Positions 14,470 to 28,100 are shown, numbered from the whole stretch's first letter. The stretch: DNA of 63,674 bases, filler included, from Choristocarpus tenellus KU-1152 (GCA_964200185.2; 7 parts of 7 records of this genome joined end to end with filler, not necessarily neighbours in it), one strand, 5' to 3'. Notes: generated by a model not told the origin, from the sequence alone. Made by a program: numbers and translations.

Positions 14470-14698
14470 GATTCAAAATATCTTAGAGGGTAGAGCCGCG
14501 TCTGTTTGGCGGCGAAATTCCAATGTTGAAAGTTTGACGTAATTTTGGCAACCATGTTTGTTAGGGAGTGCCAATATCTTTGTTCCAGGCGCACCTATTC
14601 CATTTCAGAGTAGGTAAAATTTCATAAAACCCCGTGGGAATCCAAGCCCCAAATGGACAAACAGGAAACAACTCGTACCCTCTGAGATACTTTCACTC
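14470..14698. mobile_element. MITE family A copy 2 (internal deletion of about 30 bp)
   Basis: TIRs GATTCAAAATATCTTAGAGGGTA ... TACCCTCTGAGATACTTTCACTC. Confidence 0.85.
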
Positions 14699-15132
14699 AA
14701 ACCTAAATGTGAGCATGTAGTCTTCACTTTTAGGGGTTCTCTATATTAGAAAAGACCGATAAGTTTGCTCAGGTTTCCAGTATCAGTGCTTGAATTTCCT
14801 CTGCCACGCATAAGCTTGAGCGTAGGAGACTTCAGTTTAGTGGTCAAATGTGTTGAAAAGGGACCCCATTCAACAAATACATATGGTCTCACACATCACA
14901 GCATTGTGTTGAAACATAGGGACAAAACACTTAACAACAAGATGTTACTAGTGTTGTGAATTGAAAGAATCGATGCGAGATATAATTTTTGTCTCAAAAT
15001 GATTCAATTAAATTGATTACAAGTGTGCATACAGTGCGCAAAGTGCTGAGCGTTGCTTGGTGGCTGTGAAGATACTGACTGCTGCAAGAAAGTTTAAATC
15101 ATATAGTACAAACGGGTCAAAGTATCTGGGGG

Positions 15133-15232
15133 NNNNNNNNNNNNNNNNNNNNNNNNNNNNNNNNNNNNNNNNNNNNTTAATTAATTAANNNNNNNNNNNN
15201 NNNNNNNNNNNNNNNNNNNNNNNNNNNNNNNN
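15133..15232. other. Artificial contig linker N44-TTAATTAATTAA-N44 (also 18112-18211, 22434-22533, 27625-27724, 54797-54896, 60239-60338)
   Basis: Identical 100-bp spacer with six-frame stops occurs six times. Confidence 0.97.
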
Positions 15233-15866
15233 AAAAAATTATTTCATTTTCACGGCGAGGAGGAAGTACACAAAGAGGGGTCAGTGGGGGGGGGGGGGGG
15301 AGAAATGTAGGTTAGAGGTTTGCCCACAAGTATAGTTAATATTTATTTTCATACAGAAGAAAAAAAACAAAAAAAACAGACACGCCTCAGTAAAGAAAGA
15401 GCGCAACCCTTGGCCTCAAAGAGCACACAGCATCCATCACAAAGTACTCGACAATCCCTGTGCCTGAATGCTTGATGTAGAGGTTGGAATTCCCACATCA
15501 TGATGGGACACATCTCATGGCACCATCACCCTTCAACTCGAATGAACTAAGTGCATACACTACTCCAGAATATACTACATAAAATGTTACAACAGCAATA
15601 ATAATAATAATAATAATAATGTGATGTACACGAGGCTAGGGTTAGGGTTAGGGTCAGATATACGTTACCACATATAAAAGTAATTGCATGTCTTAATGTG
15701 AAAAATGAAAAACCCAAGTACAAATCACCTCTTCTTTGACCTTCATGTCAGACCAACAAGTACTGTATTGATTTAGTCCATAGTATCACAGTATGACTAA
15801 CAGCAAAAAAGAAACTCCTGACAGTACATACACATGTTACAAATATTACAAAAAAGAAATTACTTA

Positions 15867-16126
15867 GAGCCAAAGTATCTTAGAGGGTAGGGCCGCGTCC
15901 ATTTGGTGGCCAATATCCAATGTTCCGGTTTGTATGTAATTTTGGCTATTGTGTTTTGTTAGGAAGTGTCAATATCCTTGTTCCAGACATACCTTTTCAT
16001 AACATATACATTTTACCTACTCCGAAATATTCTTGAGTAGGAAAATGACATAAATAAACCTGCAGGAAGTCAAGCCCCAAATGGACAAATAGGGCAAAAC
16101 TCATACCCTCTAAGATAGTTTTACTC
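15867..16126. mobile_element. MITE family A copy 3, TSD TTA
   Basis: tta|GAGCCAAAGTATCTTAGAGGGTA...TACCCTCTAAGATAGTTTTACTC|tta. Confidence 0.9.
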
Positions 16127-16274
16127 TTACATTGGTTGGAGTGGTATGATGTTACATCATACCACTCCACCGACTGCCAATATAAAAGTCACCAGAAACC
16201 AGGAAATTTCTCAAATTAAAGAAAATGCCCATGTCTCATACCACTAAATACAAACATACCACTTCTACATAGTG

Positions 16275-16311
16275 CTAACCCTAACCCTAACCCTAACCCT
16301 AACCCTAACCC
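16275..16311. repeat. Interstitial telomere-like (CCCTAA)6
   Basis: ctaaccctaaccctaaccctaaccctaaccctaaccc; a shorter TTAGGG tract lies at 15637-15655. Confidence 0.85.
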
Positions 16312-16754
16312 ACTAACGTCAACACTTTGTGTGACACAACTTCAAAACGTTCCAGTTATCAATTGTCACAAATATTGACATTGATTGACCTTAGCCACAC
16401 CGATCACATCAACATACATCACATCGCATCACACGGTCCAAACACTCCAAAAAGACACTATGAGAGAGGTCTGTCTTCCTATAACTGAGAAGAGACCACA
16501 CTCACCGAGGAAACCGCCCCCCCAAGATAGTGAACAGAAAAAGCACAACAAATCACATAGTTGTGAAACTGTCACCAGAACCCCCACCCCCTCCTCAACA
16601 CAAGAAACGGCCCTCTCAACCACAACAAACTTGACTGCAACCACCACCTAACCACCACCGACAACCTGTGCAATACAAGAAGTATGATACACCCACTAAT
16701 AATACAGGCTGTTCCATAGATATATAGACATAGCTGGTCTCAACGGAGGAAACC

Positions 16755-16900
16755 ACATAAGACAACTACTGTTACATTAGACAATTATTGTTACATAAGA
16801 CAACTATTGCTACATAAGACTGTTACATTAGACAACTATTGCTACATAAGATTACTGTTACATAAGACAACTATTGTCACATTAGACAACTACTGTTACA
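16755..16900. repeat. Minisatellite, about 19-bp unit ACATAAGACAACTATTGTT x about 8
   Basis: Direct tandem copies visible. Confidence 0.9.
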
Positions 16901-16909
16901 AGGAACTTG

Positions 16910-17533
16910 CAGAGAACAATCTCCTGGTGATGTAAGGATGATTGAAATTCAAGGACTAAAACCACATATTGAGTTTTGAATATGAATCTGAATTTTTAGA
17001 TAAGGTAAATAGCAACTTAACAATAGAGGATAGGTACAAGTTAGATCAATTGATTACAGATAATAATACTTTAGAAGGTGGAAGCAATACTTTGAAATGC
17101 AAGTCTTTTCATATCACTTTAAATGTACTATAATAAGATCCAAGAGCTCCTTCTGTAAAAACTATCGAAAATGAAAGTAGACGTGATATACATGTAAAAT
17201 TATCTTATATAAAGGACACTACGATCATGAATTCTGAGTTTTTCCAGGAATTATCCCCAAATTTATTTTCCAGGAATCATGATTATGTAATGACTTTATC
17301 ACCCAGTGAATTAATAGGATCTGGAAAAATTTAATTCTAGTAAAAAATATGCTTTGTTAAGCTGTTTTTGTTTTGTTAGAGGTTTAAAGTTTACTGATAA
17401 TTTAATAGATATTATGCTTAGTATCACTCACAAGTTATCTAATAAAGCAAAACAGCGAGCAAAAAATGAATTTTGGAATGATCGCAAAATAATGTATAAT
17501 AAAGATCATGTTTTACATGATCTTGCAGTAGTA
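16910..17533 (+). pseudogene. tnpA: Bacterial Tn3-family transposase N-terminal-half fragment (pseudogenised)
   Basis: AT-rich. Translates YESEFLDKV..L..LI...LNVL**DPRAPSVKTIENE...FQELSPNL...PSEL/KYALLSCFCFVRGLKFTDNLIDIMLSITHKLSNKAKQRAKNE...NKDHVLHDLA, resembling the TnpA pattern LKxDPG..LES..E..KL...RY.LLA.F...R...TD.L.D......HK....A. Two stops and frameshifts. Confidence 0.68.
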
Positions 17534-18211
17534 AAACACTCAATACGGTGGAAGGAGTATGGTCCTCTCAACACTCAACTAAAACACCACTTCCATCCTT
17601 CAGAGTACATGGTAACTTGTGGGGAGTGTTTGGTTATCAAACTCTATCCATACCCATGACATAAACCATAGATTGTACCTACACTAGAAGACAAAAGGAC
17701 AATAGTACCTACTCCCCATACATGAATATGTTCAAATATATATTCATCATCAATATTTACACAAAAAAACAAAAATGTTACACATGAGCACGGAACCAAA
17801 GATCAAAGGAAAAAGAAGTATATATTTATATATTTCAAATTCAAACAACCATCGATGGATTAATAAGGCTATCAATATCACACTCTCAACCCTAACACTA
17901 ACCCTTACCCTTACCCCAACACACCTTCCCATGAACAATAAAAAGAAGCTCCTCTGGCTGCTGTCCCTTCCTGTGCAGAATGTCTTTTGCCTGAAAAAAC
18001 AGGTTAAAAGGGGATCATATTGTCAAATATGTATGGATGTATGTATATATGTATTTATGTATGTGTAATACTTTGAAAAATGGGATGGTGAGCAGGGAGA
18101 GGGGGGGAGGGNNNNNNNNNNNNNNNNNNNNNNNNNNNNNNNNNNNNNNNNNNNNTTAATTAATTAANNNNNNNNNNNNNNNNNNNNNNNNNNNNNNNNN
18201 NNNNNNNNNNN

Positions 18212-18277
18212 CATGGGAAGCCAAGCCCCAAATGGACAAACAGGGCAGAACTCGTACCCTCTAAGATACTTTCACTC
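18212..18277. mobile_element. MITE family A copy 4 (one end, cut by contig start)
   Basis: CCAAATGGAC...TACCCTCTAAGATACTTTCACTC. Confidence 0.85.
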
Positions 18278-19299
18278 TGGAGGCAGGTGGCTGCCTGCCT
18301 GGCTAGCGCCTTGACTTGACATTTTCCTCTATCCACAAGCTTCCCCAACAAGAAAGTAGTTGGCAGTGAACTGCAGCCAGGGCTTTTTTATGACAACATT
18401 CTTTAATGCAAGAATGAGATCCCTAATATGCTTAACCAAGGTAAAGACTTATCAGAATTGGTCCTTCCATACTAATGAAGGTCAAAAGATGCCAACCATC
18501 ATCTCTTATTCTTGAGGTCTTCTTGAATTTCTTGAATTTTTGTTCGGTGTACTTTCCCTTTGTGTAGTTCAATATCTTTTCTGTTGCCTGTGGATGCCAT
18601 CGCACATTTTGTGAAAACCCATTCAATTTATCTTTTGACAGTTATCATACTCCGGTTACACACAAACGTGAGGGTAATGACCCTGTAGATGATGCTCTTT
18701 ACCTCTCCCTTTCTGAACAGTATCAGTAGGACCACGTTCTTCCATCCGTCCAACAACGAACACACACTGACATCAAGACGTAGATGAGGGAAAGAGGGCC
18801 TGTGGCGAAGGATTGGGTGGGGTAGTGATTCTCTCCTACAGCAGTTCATATTTAAAAGAGGCAAACAGTATACTCCAACCTCATCAAATTGTCATTGCCA
18901 AATACCCCTCACCATTCAGGCAAGTCAAGTTGTATTGTCTTGATAGCATGTTGAGTCCTCCCATGCAATGCTGCCTTGAGTGGAGAATAATTTGGAATTG
19001 ATTCATCAGTGATGGGCCAACTCTCCAGCTGCTGGTGCTGGTGCTGGTGCAAAATGGGTTCAGGAGTGAGAAGGACTGGGCCTGATTTTGCCTCAGCTTG
19101 GTCAGAAACTGCGTGGAGTGTGTTTGTTCCTCCATGAAGTTACAGCTGCTGAGATGTGACACATTTTACAGCATGAATGCTGGAGGCAAAGAATGATTCG
19201 CATAGGGTATCTGCAAATGCAGGAACAACGGAATCATGTGCTGATAGTCCAACTGTTGAAGCCCCACCATGGCCCTGCTGCTTTGTGGGGGAAGGAGGC

Positions 19300-20338
19300 T
19301 TGTCAATGGTGGAAGGTCCTTTGCCCCTTGCTGCAAATCAGTCTGGCTAGCTTGATGGCAACGAGGGTGTGTGTTGTGTAGCACCTGCTTATTGACCATA
19401 AGCAGAGCCGTGGCAAGATCATGGCGAAGCTCCTTCTACAGTGCCTGCCAGGCAATCCTTTCATCAGTCCGTGCCTGTTGCTGCTGGGACTGAAGGAGAT
19501 GAAGGTTGGCCACCTCCGTTTTGAGGCCCTGATACTTCTCTTCACGTTCCTGAGCTGATTTGCCAGCTTCCCCACAAGTATCACCTTGACTTCTGCAGTC
19601 GCCCTGACCTCTTCAGCATGTTTCCTCTCAAGCTCCTGACCTGTTGCCACCAACACTGCCTCTTGCCCCTCCAGACGAGTTATCTAGTCCTCACCCTGCA
19701 CTTACTTCTCTTCATTCACCATGACCTCATGTTGCACGAAGGTAAGCTCACCCTGGCATCCCTTGAGTTGCGAGTGCAGTCCCTGACAAACCTCCAGCTA
19801 CCTTCTGCACTCGAGCTAGCTCAGATCGAATTCCATGGAACTTTGTTAGGTAGATCCTCACCTTGTGCCAATGGGGATGCCTCAAGGAGTTGCTGAGTGG
19901 CCTGTGCCTGTTGCTGTTGGGATTGAGGCATACAAAGGTTGACTGCCTCATTATTCACCTGTTGATACTTCAGGTCCTGGTCCTGAAGCTGAGCTTTCAG
20001 CTTCCCTACTGTGGCCTCTTTCAGGTCTGCAGCTGCAGCAAGACTGTGACAAAGATCTCATTCTATTGCCTCCCAAGCATGTTTCTCAGTCACCTGTACC
20101 TTTTGCTACTGGGACTGAAGCAGATAAACGTTGACTACCTCAGCACTCAGCGTCTGATACCTCAGGCCCTGCTCTTGGAGCTGAGCCTTCAGATTCCCCA
20201 CTATGGCCTCTTTCAGGCCTGCAGCTGCAGCAAGACTGTGGCAAAGATCTCTTTCTGCTGCTTCCCATGCATGTTTATCAGTGACCTGTACCTGTTGCTG
20301 CTGGGACTGAAGCAGGTTGACTGCCTCAGCATTCAGTA
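19300..20338 (-). pseudogene. Degenerate coiled-coil ORF containing a 192-bp (64-aa) tandem repeat x about 2.3
   Basis: Units start near 19909, 20101 and 20293. Minus frame reads QSQQQQVQVTDKHAWEAAERDLCHSLAAAAGLKEAIVGNLKAQLQEQ, with TAG/TGA stops in the second copy. Confidence 0.6.
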
Positions 20339-21293
20339 CTGTGAAGGAATCGTTGAAGGTGAACTTGATAATAAAAATAGTGATTTACCCTCTGAATTAG
20401 AATAATTACAAAAGATTGTTGCTACTAATAGCCTATATTCCAAAACGAGGATTTATTGGAGAACGATATTGAGCTGTCCAATCAAAACACTGATCTATCA
20501 ACTCAAATAATATCATGTAGTGTATCAGTACTATTCCACGATATCATAATTTCCAATACCACATGATGTAAGCCTAAACTTCAGAAAAAATAATCTTACA
20601 TGAACACTAACAGAATAAGATATTCTACTAGAAATACAGTGATCCAATAGACTGTATTCAACCGATAGTAGTATTGTACTCTGAACTCTTCAAGCATGGA
20701 ATGGACTGAGGATACAAATGCCAGCACTTCTTCATTGAGGTAGTCTGTTGTGAAATGAATTGTGACACAGCAGCGCAAGAACTCGAAAGGAGTATGGAAT
20801 ATTCTGTACATAAACAGCCGATCATCAAAATTGAGGATGGAGCTTTTTATTGAGGATGAGCGAGACGCAGAATTGGTGTGCGGAAAGTGCACAGATGTTG
20901 TTTTTTTAATGTTGCGGCACTTTTGGAAGGCCCCGCTACGAATGGGAATCCATCCCAACGAAGGTAGTAGTAGGACAGTGTGTGGGGGGTGGCAACAATT
21001 TCGTTTGATCGCCGTGTACATGTATGCCCTGCGTTGGCTTGCTTGCTTGAATAATTATTGCGGTCGGTGGAGTCGTTTGACTGTCGATGGTGGCGGTGGT
21101 AGAAAATAATAGTGCTTGGAAGTAGTTTTTTTCGGGGTGGCGTTTCATTGTCATGATGGATGGCTGACTGACTGAGAAAAATAAGTGTTATTTTCCCATA
21201 TTATTAATTTGTTTATCAATTATTGCTATCGTTGCCAAGTGGAAGAAGAAGCTACCACTGAGCGCATACAAGTATTGTCATTATATGATGATC

Positions 21294-21430
21294 GACCTCA
21301 TTGTACGAATATCTCAGTCATGTCCCAGATATCGTTTGTTGCGATCTGCCCCCCCCCCCTACTCTGTCAGATACGCCGATCTGCATTTATCTATTTTCCC
21401 GGGCAAGTTGTTGGGCTTGTAACACATCGC
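21294..21430. repeat. Dispersed repeat of about 136 bp; second copy at 27725-27862
   Basis: GACCTC.TTGTACGAATATCTCAGTC...GATCTGC(C)n...CTTGTAACACATCGC is near-identical at both loci. Confidence 0.9.
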
Positions 21431-22061
21431 AAGACAACAATAGGGGGAAGGAGAATAAGGCCACCGTATCTAAAGCTAAAATGTATTAAGAAAAAATCTT
21501 CCAGCACATAAAAAAAAGAAACATCAGCTTTTTCAATTTGCAGCGCATTCGTTGTACCCCTCCTCCCACCGCCACTGTGAGAAACTGTGCATGTCACCTG
21601 AAGCAAGCATGGGCGCCAACGCCGGTAAGCATGTTACCGGGAGTGCAACAGACACACGAACAACCTGCTTGAACTAATTACTGGACGAACGAGGAATCAT
21701 GAACAACAACACTCCAGTATCCTCTGTTTGCCGTTGGTCAATCATTAATTTGCCAACGTGTGGGCTCCCCCGCCTCTCCTCCCCGCCCCCCGTCCCGATC
21801 CTCTTCTTACTCCTCTTGGTCATCCCCTTCATCCTCCTCTTCATCCTCCTCTTCTTCCTCCTCATCTTCCTCCTCGTCCTCCTCCGTGTCACTGACATAC
21901 TTTGGCTCGTCTTCCGCGCAGAATCATCGGCGCCCCTCCGCACCTTGCGACCTTTCCCCTTTCCACCCGTGCGGGAAGAGGGACACTTGCGCTTTCTAGT
22001 GGTGATTGGCGTCAAGTCTGAGTCCGATTCCTGCAATTCAAACTCACGAGAACTCACCACC

Positions 22062-22322
22062 GAGACAAAATATCTTAGAGGGTAGAGCTGCGTCCATTTG
22101 GGGGCCACAATCCAATGTTGTGATTTCGATGAAATTTTGGCTATTGTGTTTGTTAGGAAATGTCAATATCCTTGTTCTGGATGCACCTTTTCATAACGTG
22201 TACATTTTACCTACTCCGAAATATTTTGGAGTACGAAAATGTCATTAAAAAAAACACATGGGAAGCCAAGCCCCAAACGGACAAACAGGGCAAAACTCGT
22301 ACCCTCAAAGATACTTTCACTC
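22062..22322. mobile_element. MITE family A copy 5
   Basis: GAGACAAAATATCTTAGAGGGTA...TACCCTCAAAGATACTTTCACTC. Confidence 0.9.
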
Positions 22323-24099
22323 TACCATAAGACCTGGGAGCACGTTGAACGGTGATCTCGTGTCATTCTTTGCCCGGTGTTTGCACACCCTCCCGACTAT
22401 GGGCGTGACGAACATCTGCCCGGGGCCAACCTGNNNNNNNNNNNNNNNNNNNNNNNNNNNNNNNNNNNNNNNNNNNNTTAATTAATTAANNNNNNNNNNN
22501 NNNNNNNNNNNNNNNNNNNNNNNNNNNNNNNNNGCCCTTAAAACGTGCCGCAACAATTACAAAAAAAACATATCGGCACTTTTTTCTTATTATTTTCGGT
22601 CAAACCCATCCTCAATAGTACGCTCCATCCTCAATTTTTAAAATCCCCTGTTACATACAAATGATTATTTAACGAGATGGTCAACCTATGTAAGAAGAGG
22701 AAAATGAAAGTGGGTAACACGAGTTCTGGACCAAGACAGACAAGATATGAAAAAGATTGGCAGGGATCTTTCCTAGAAACACAACCAACAGTCGTTATGA
22801 ACTGGTAAATACTGTGTCGTATCAATGACACAAGAGATGAGCAGCCTGTGTTTTAACACTCTCTGCTTAGACAATTATGTTTTTATGCTACTACGGAAAT
22901 GCAAGATATACAGACTATGCAAAGGAGTATTGTCCCAAGTAAATACGAATTCTCAAGTCAAGACCTTTAATTTTATTTGATTATCCAATCCATTTCTTCC
23001 CTGATACACTGCAATCTTTCTACGGCATTTTGGGATTTGTTCTAATCACCTATGAAGGCACAAGAGAGGGTCCATAGCCACGAACACAGAGGCGACAGAT
23101 AGCATCTGTGGATAAACGACTACCACGACTAGGGTGTATGTCCAACATTGCTGCCAGTAGTGTACTGGTCAACGTTGGGTTGAGAGGGTTTTTTATCTAC
23201 GTCTGGCAAGGGGTAACGGTTTTCCCTCAAAAATTTAATCCAGTTCATTCAAAGTCTGGTGTGGGAGGTTGGACTTGGGGATAGTAACGGTTCATTCTAC
23301 CCAAATGAATGGAAAGTGGATGTGGGTCTCCAGGTAATACAACCCTGTACACGATGGATGACATTTGTGGATGATGCTGCTCTGATACACTATAGACACC
23401 ACTGGTGGAGTAGATCAAGCTGTGTAGAGCCAGTCATCACGTGTTTCCATTTTTTTTCGTTTAACTACGTTAAAACATAGGCGATTCATTTGCTTTGCTC
23501 TTGATACGATATAGTATCACCAGTTGATACTGAACGTTGATTTTTATTGTTTTTTTCCCCATTGTACTGGTCGTTATGTCCACTCACATCACCAACTCAT
23601 CTTCACAACATCATCAATCACTTTCAGAACATAACAGTACATCGGAAGCATAAGAACAGTCGCTACCTATCTCACATACAGGTATAATATGTGTCTCATA
23701 AGCCATCAGATATTGATTCAAGTTTGTCTCATTGTTTCTTATTCGTCATTTTTCTTCTCTTCTTCAAATCAGAAGTCTTCAGTTGTACATCATGTGTTCA
23801 TTATTATTTTCTAGGCTGGCATTGCCCCCTCATGATGCATCAAGCTCGCTCTGCACTGGGTGTATCTGATACACACCAGGATATAATATATACAGTGCTA
23901 AAAGCATCCTCAGAAACCCTTTTTCTCTATGTAGACATTACAAATCCCACGTTGTAGCCTACACCTCTCTCACTCTAATGCTTCACTTGATGGAATCTAG
24001 AGCACAAGCCCCTTGTATACCTATTGCTATATAATTTACATATTAGATATATTCATCTGCCAGAGCACATCACAATCAACTTAACAATGAGTCCAGCGT

Positions 24100-27000
24100 A
24101 GGATACTTCAATTGATGATACCTTAGAGTGTACTTCATACAGACCCCCCTAAGGTTCAAGTGACTTCAGACCCAGATAATCAATATTGTTAAGTCGCCCA
24201 GGACTAGAACTTGATCACCTGGTACGAAAACGGGGAACCCGAGACGTTAGTTGGCATGCTCTTGATTTTCAACGTGTTCGAGGACATTTCCGGCGGGCCA
24301 ACTCAAATGCAAGCTTCAAATTATTATTGGTTTGCTGTGTAAAACCTATAGTAGCAACATCTGAATCAGCATTAGACGAACAAAGGATAGTATCGACAGG
24401 TAAAGAGCCTGTATTCCAAACAGAAGGAAAAAGGGGTTCATGCAACTTTAAACTGAAAGTTGTGATATGGGCTAACTATATGGCAGTAATGATGACCACG
24501 TATCCTCAGCAACAGAGATATACATTGTTAGCATAGATGCAACTTAGCCTTTCTAACACAGAATTTCCTTGAGGGTGATACAGTGTGGTTTTGGTTTAGA
24601 TTGTTGTTTGTGTCGATATGGAAGAGAAAGAAAGAGATGGAAGTCTCACAAGTTTCCCCTTGCTGACGTGATGAGGTGGTAGAGTGCAGGATGTTTAGCG
24701 AGATTAAAGTGTGGAATCTTTCCAAGAGATCAATACTACAAGTAACAGATACTCTTGAGTTAGAGATGTTAAAAACATCAAAGTTTCTCTTTCATGTTTC
24801 GTCATGGCATTCTGATGACCCCCTCTGACGAGATTCTCATCACTCTACAATTTCTGCAATTTACTCCAGTCTTTGCACTTATCCAAACTTATCCTCGTCA
24901 TCTCGGTCACGGTTCGTCTTGGTTCGTCTGGTCCATTTTGCCTGGTGATTCTTTGCCCACCCTTGCCTGAGGGAATCACGTCACCACAGAATCATACGAG
25001 TCACACTGGTGACAATGGTGAATTTAGCCATACAGAGTGATGGGTGAAAGGTTTGTTTGACCACTGACCAAGCATTCCGAACGGCAAAGCCAGAGGAAGG
25101 ATATGTTGTCAAGAAGAACGCCTTGCTGATTTTTCGAGGAAGAAAGAGATGAGGAGCCGAAAGATGACAAAAGTGAGTCAGTCTAGGACATGGATTCATC
25201 CACGAATCATTACTCAGACTCAAATTATTCTAATCAATCCTCAACGTCCTCCAACGATTCAAAGAAAGCCAAATCGTAGACGAGGTTCACCCCCATCTCC
25301 CCCAAGAGATTGTCGTGGTCCTGCAGAAAGCGTGTCTTCGGCCCTCAGGCATCATGTCACCTCGGGCAACTGTGACACCTGTCGTTTCCTTTTTCACAAC
25401 AGGTCTGTTATCCTCACCATGTTCAATCACTTGAGAGGTGACTGCTTCACAGGCATAGTTTGGCGATGCCACCCCCGTATTCATTGTGCACCATGTTAGT
25501 GAGTGTTTGAGAGCAAATGCTGTGCTGCCTGAATGACTTCAGGACCTCCTTAAGCTCCAGGCTTGTGGACAAACTGCTGATCATGTAAGACCTGTTAGAA
25601 ACAGCAGCGATGACTTGCACTCAATTCCAACATCTGAAGAGAATCGTATTAGATATTTCACCGCAGAGATCCCCACTGGTCCAGCGATCACAGGTTCTGG
25701 AGAAGAACTCTGCTTTTGTTTTAATATGGCACGCTGCAATCACTCTGCATTCCCGTTAATACGGCCCTGCATCCCCTGAAACTATTGATGCTTGTTGCTG
25801 TTGAAATATTCCACATTGGACCCGCGGCTTCGTGCTTTGATGAAAGACAATGAATAGCTTAATGTAGATATGCAATGTTAATTTTACAAAGGGCTTATGG
25901 TCTCGATTCTGCTGACTGAATTGGTTGGTGAGACAAGTGCAAACTACCAAGTGGGATTTGTAACGTCCACATGGACAATCAGAAAAGAATAATATCTACT
26001 TCCCATATGTGGCATATATGATATATCAACGGATGATCCAATATCAGGTCCCTACCATACATGAATTGTGTAGAGTTCAACTGAAATATATGGAAACATA
26101 TATCTGACTCTACGTTTCCTCCATTACACCACCAGTGGTGTCTACCTTTCCTAATCTACTCCACTGATGGTGTCTGTAGTGTATCAGCAGCACTATCTAC
26201 TAACACTCTCCCTTGCTGCGAAGACCCTATACACCCTGAGAATGTACTTCTCTGAAACTTAAAGAAATAAACAAACATCTGCTAGTTCTCTCAAAAACAA
26301 TGCAACAAATATACCCTAACATCAATGTTGACGTTGTGTCTGTGTGGTTACAATAAAAACAGTCATCAATCTACTACTGCTCTATTACGGTCTCTGCATA
26401 AACATTCTTGGGTCCATTCTCCTGTAGGTCCTTTACAATACAATCTTGAGTCTCCTACAATCAACAAAATCCTCCCTAATACATCATTACGTACAATAAA
26501 GAGAAATACAGTAGTTACCATCAATACTGGTCTGGGGTCATTAAAAACCAGCCTCCCATCTGTCCTATTGCAATCTCATGTGAAAACCGTTTGGGGTACT
26601 TTCCCCTGCAGGTCCTTAGCAATATCATGTTGCGTCTCCACAATCCATCAAATGGCAGGGTCCTTAGCAATACATGTAGCGTCTCCTACAATGAACAAAA
26701 CCTCCCTAGTACATCACTACTGCAGGTCACTGGAACACAGATGCTACCTCATATCTACCGTCCTATTGTACTCTCCAGTGGAAACACTATCGGAATCTTC
26801 TCCTGAAGTTCCTTAGCAATACATGTAGCGTCTCCTACAATAAAAAAAATCTCCATAGTACGTCACTACTACAAGTCACCAGAATACAGTAATATGGTTA
26901 GGCCGTTCCTTCCTAACTATCCTATCACAATCTATACAAACACATTCTGGGGTGTTTTTCTACTGTGGGTCCAGCCATATCAAGTTGCGTCTCCCACGAT

Positions 27001-27624
27001 CCATGGAATGGTGGGTCCTTAGCAATACCAAGTTGCACCTCTCACGATCCATGAAATATCCCTAGTCCAACGCCTAAAGTGAACCCTCGGAAAAGACTAG
27101 CACAAATTAGTCAACTCCCTTACAACTGACATATCATACACACAAACGAAGAAAATCTCTCCCTGACTTTAATAGCTCTTCTATCTAAAGTCAGTCTGCA
27201 TACAACATCACAGCTGTCACTTGACTACTGTGGGTATGCACGAAAATACACAAGACAAATAGGGGACAAACTCAAATAAAATAATTTGAAAGAACAACAA
27301 ACACAAGGGAAGATAGTCACAAAGGGAAATGTTCCATGTCACAGAAGCAAAAGCTTCTGATGAAGTCTTCTAACCTGTCCAGTCTCGAATTGATGTCTTC
27401 CGCCTCTCGAGATTCGGTTGGGGGAGGAGTTGTGGTCGATACCATATGCGATCCCTCCTTAACCCCCCTTCCAGAAGGTCTTCCTGTCCTCTCCCTGGCT
27501 CGAACAGTCAGGGGGCATTCGCTCACCTGGTGACCTAACCCTGTGCATCTCATGCATCTTCTACCTTGGTCGTCATCTCCCCCCAGTCTTGTAGCCCGAT
27601 CGAGGTCGGGGCAGTCATACTTGG
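24100..27624 (-). mobile_element. Degenerate Ty3/Gypsy element (gag zinc knuckle, RT, RNase H and integrase relics)
   Basis: CMRCTGLGHQVSEC knuckle (about 27515-27556); SDVGI RNase H-like segment; ERFHTL, PFFLLFG, LKLAFELARR and PGDQVLV integrase/GPY-F segments, in Gypsy order on the minus strand. Confidence 0.55.
26420..27070. repeat. Degenerate tandem repeat with irregular period (CCTTAGCAATACATGTAGCGTCTCCTACAAT core)
   Basis: Core recurs near 26450, 26614, 26661, 26811, 26980 and 27016. Confidence 0.7.
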
Positions 27625-28100
27625 NNNNNNNNNNNNNNNNNNNNNNNNNNNNNNNNNNNNNNNNNNNNTTAATTAATTAANNNNNNNNNNNNNNNNNNNN
27701 NNNNNNNNNNNNNNNNNNNNNNNNGACCTCTTTGTACGAATATCTCAGTCGTGCCCGAGATATCGTTTGTTGCGATCTGCCCCCCCCCCCCCACCCTGTC
27801 AGATATGCCGATCTGCATTTATCTATTTTCTCGGGAAAGTTGTTGGACTTGTAACACATCGCAGTGGGCGAACGGGGCAAGGGATAGATGAGAAGCGGTC
27901 GCGGGACACACGCAGCAGGCAGTAGTGAGCAACATGTTGCTGTTGACAGAAGGACCACGAGGGATAAAAAATATCAACAACGAAAAGATCAACAATGGAC
28001 TGACTGACGATGAACCAAACAAAGGGAACTCGGTAACAACTTGGTAGATCAGAAGAGTCATCAGGCGATCATGGAACAACGACAACACTCCATCACCCAC

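Noticed and set aside
15177-15188. Recurring palindrome TTAATTAATTAA between N runs
   Set aside because: Assembly concatenation linker, not biological.
19863-20405. 180-aa Leu-rich plus-strand ORF, and plus-strand ORFs over the W-repeat exons (e.g. 52761-53555, 34442-34954)
   Set aside because: Antisense shadows of minus-strand coding sequence.
20596-21021. ORF with SGAFQKCRNIKK resembling one BspA-type LRR
   Set aside because: Single weak repeat with no supporting exons.
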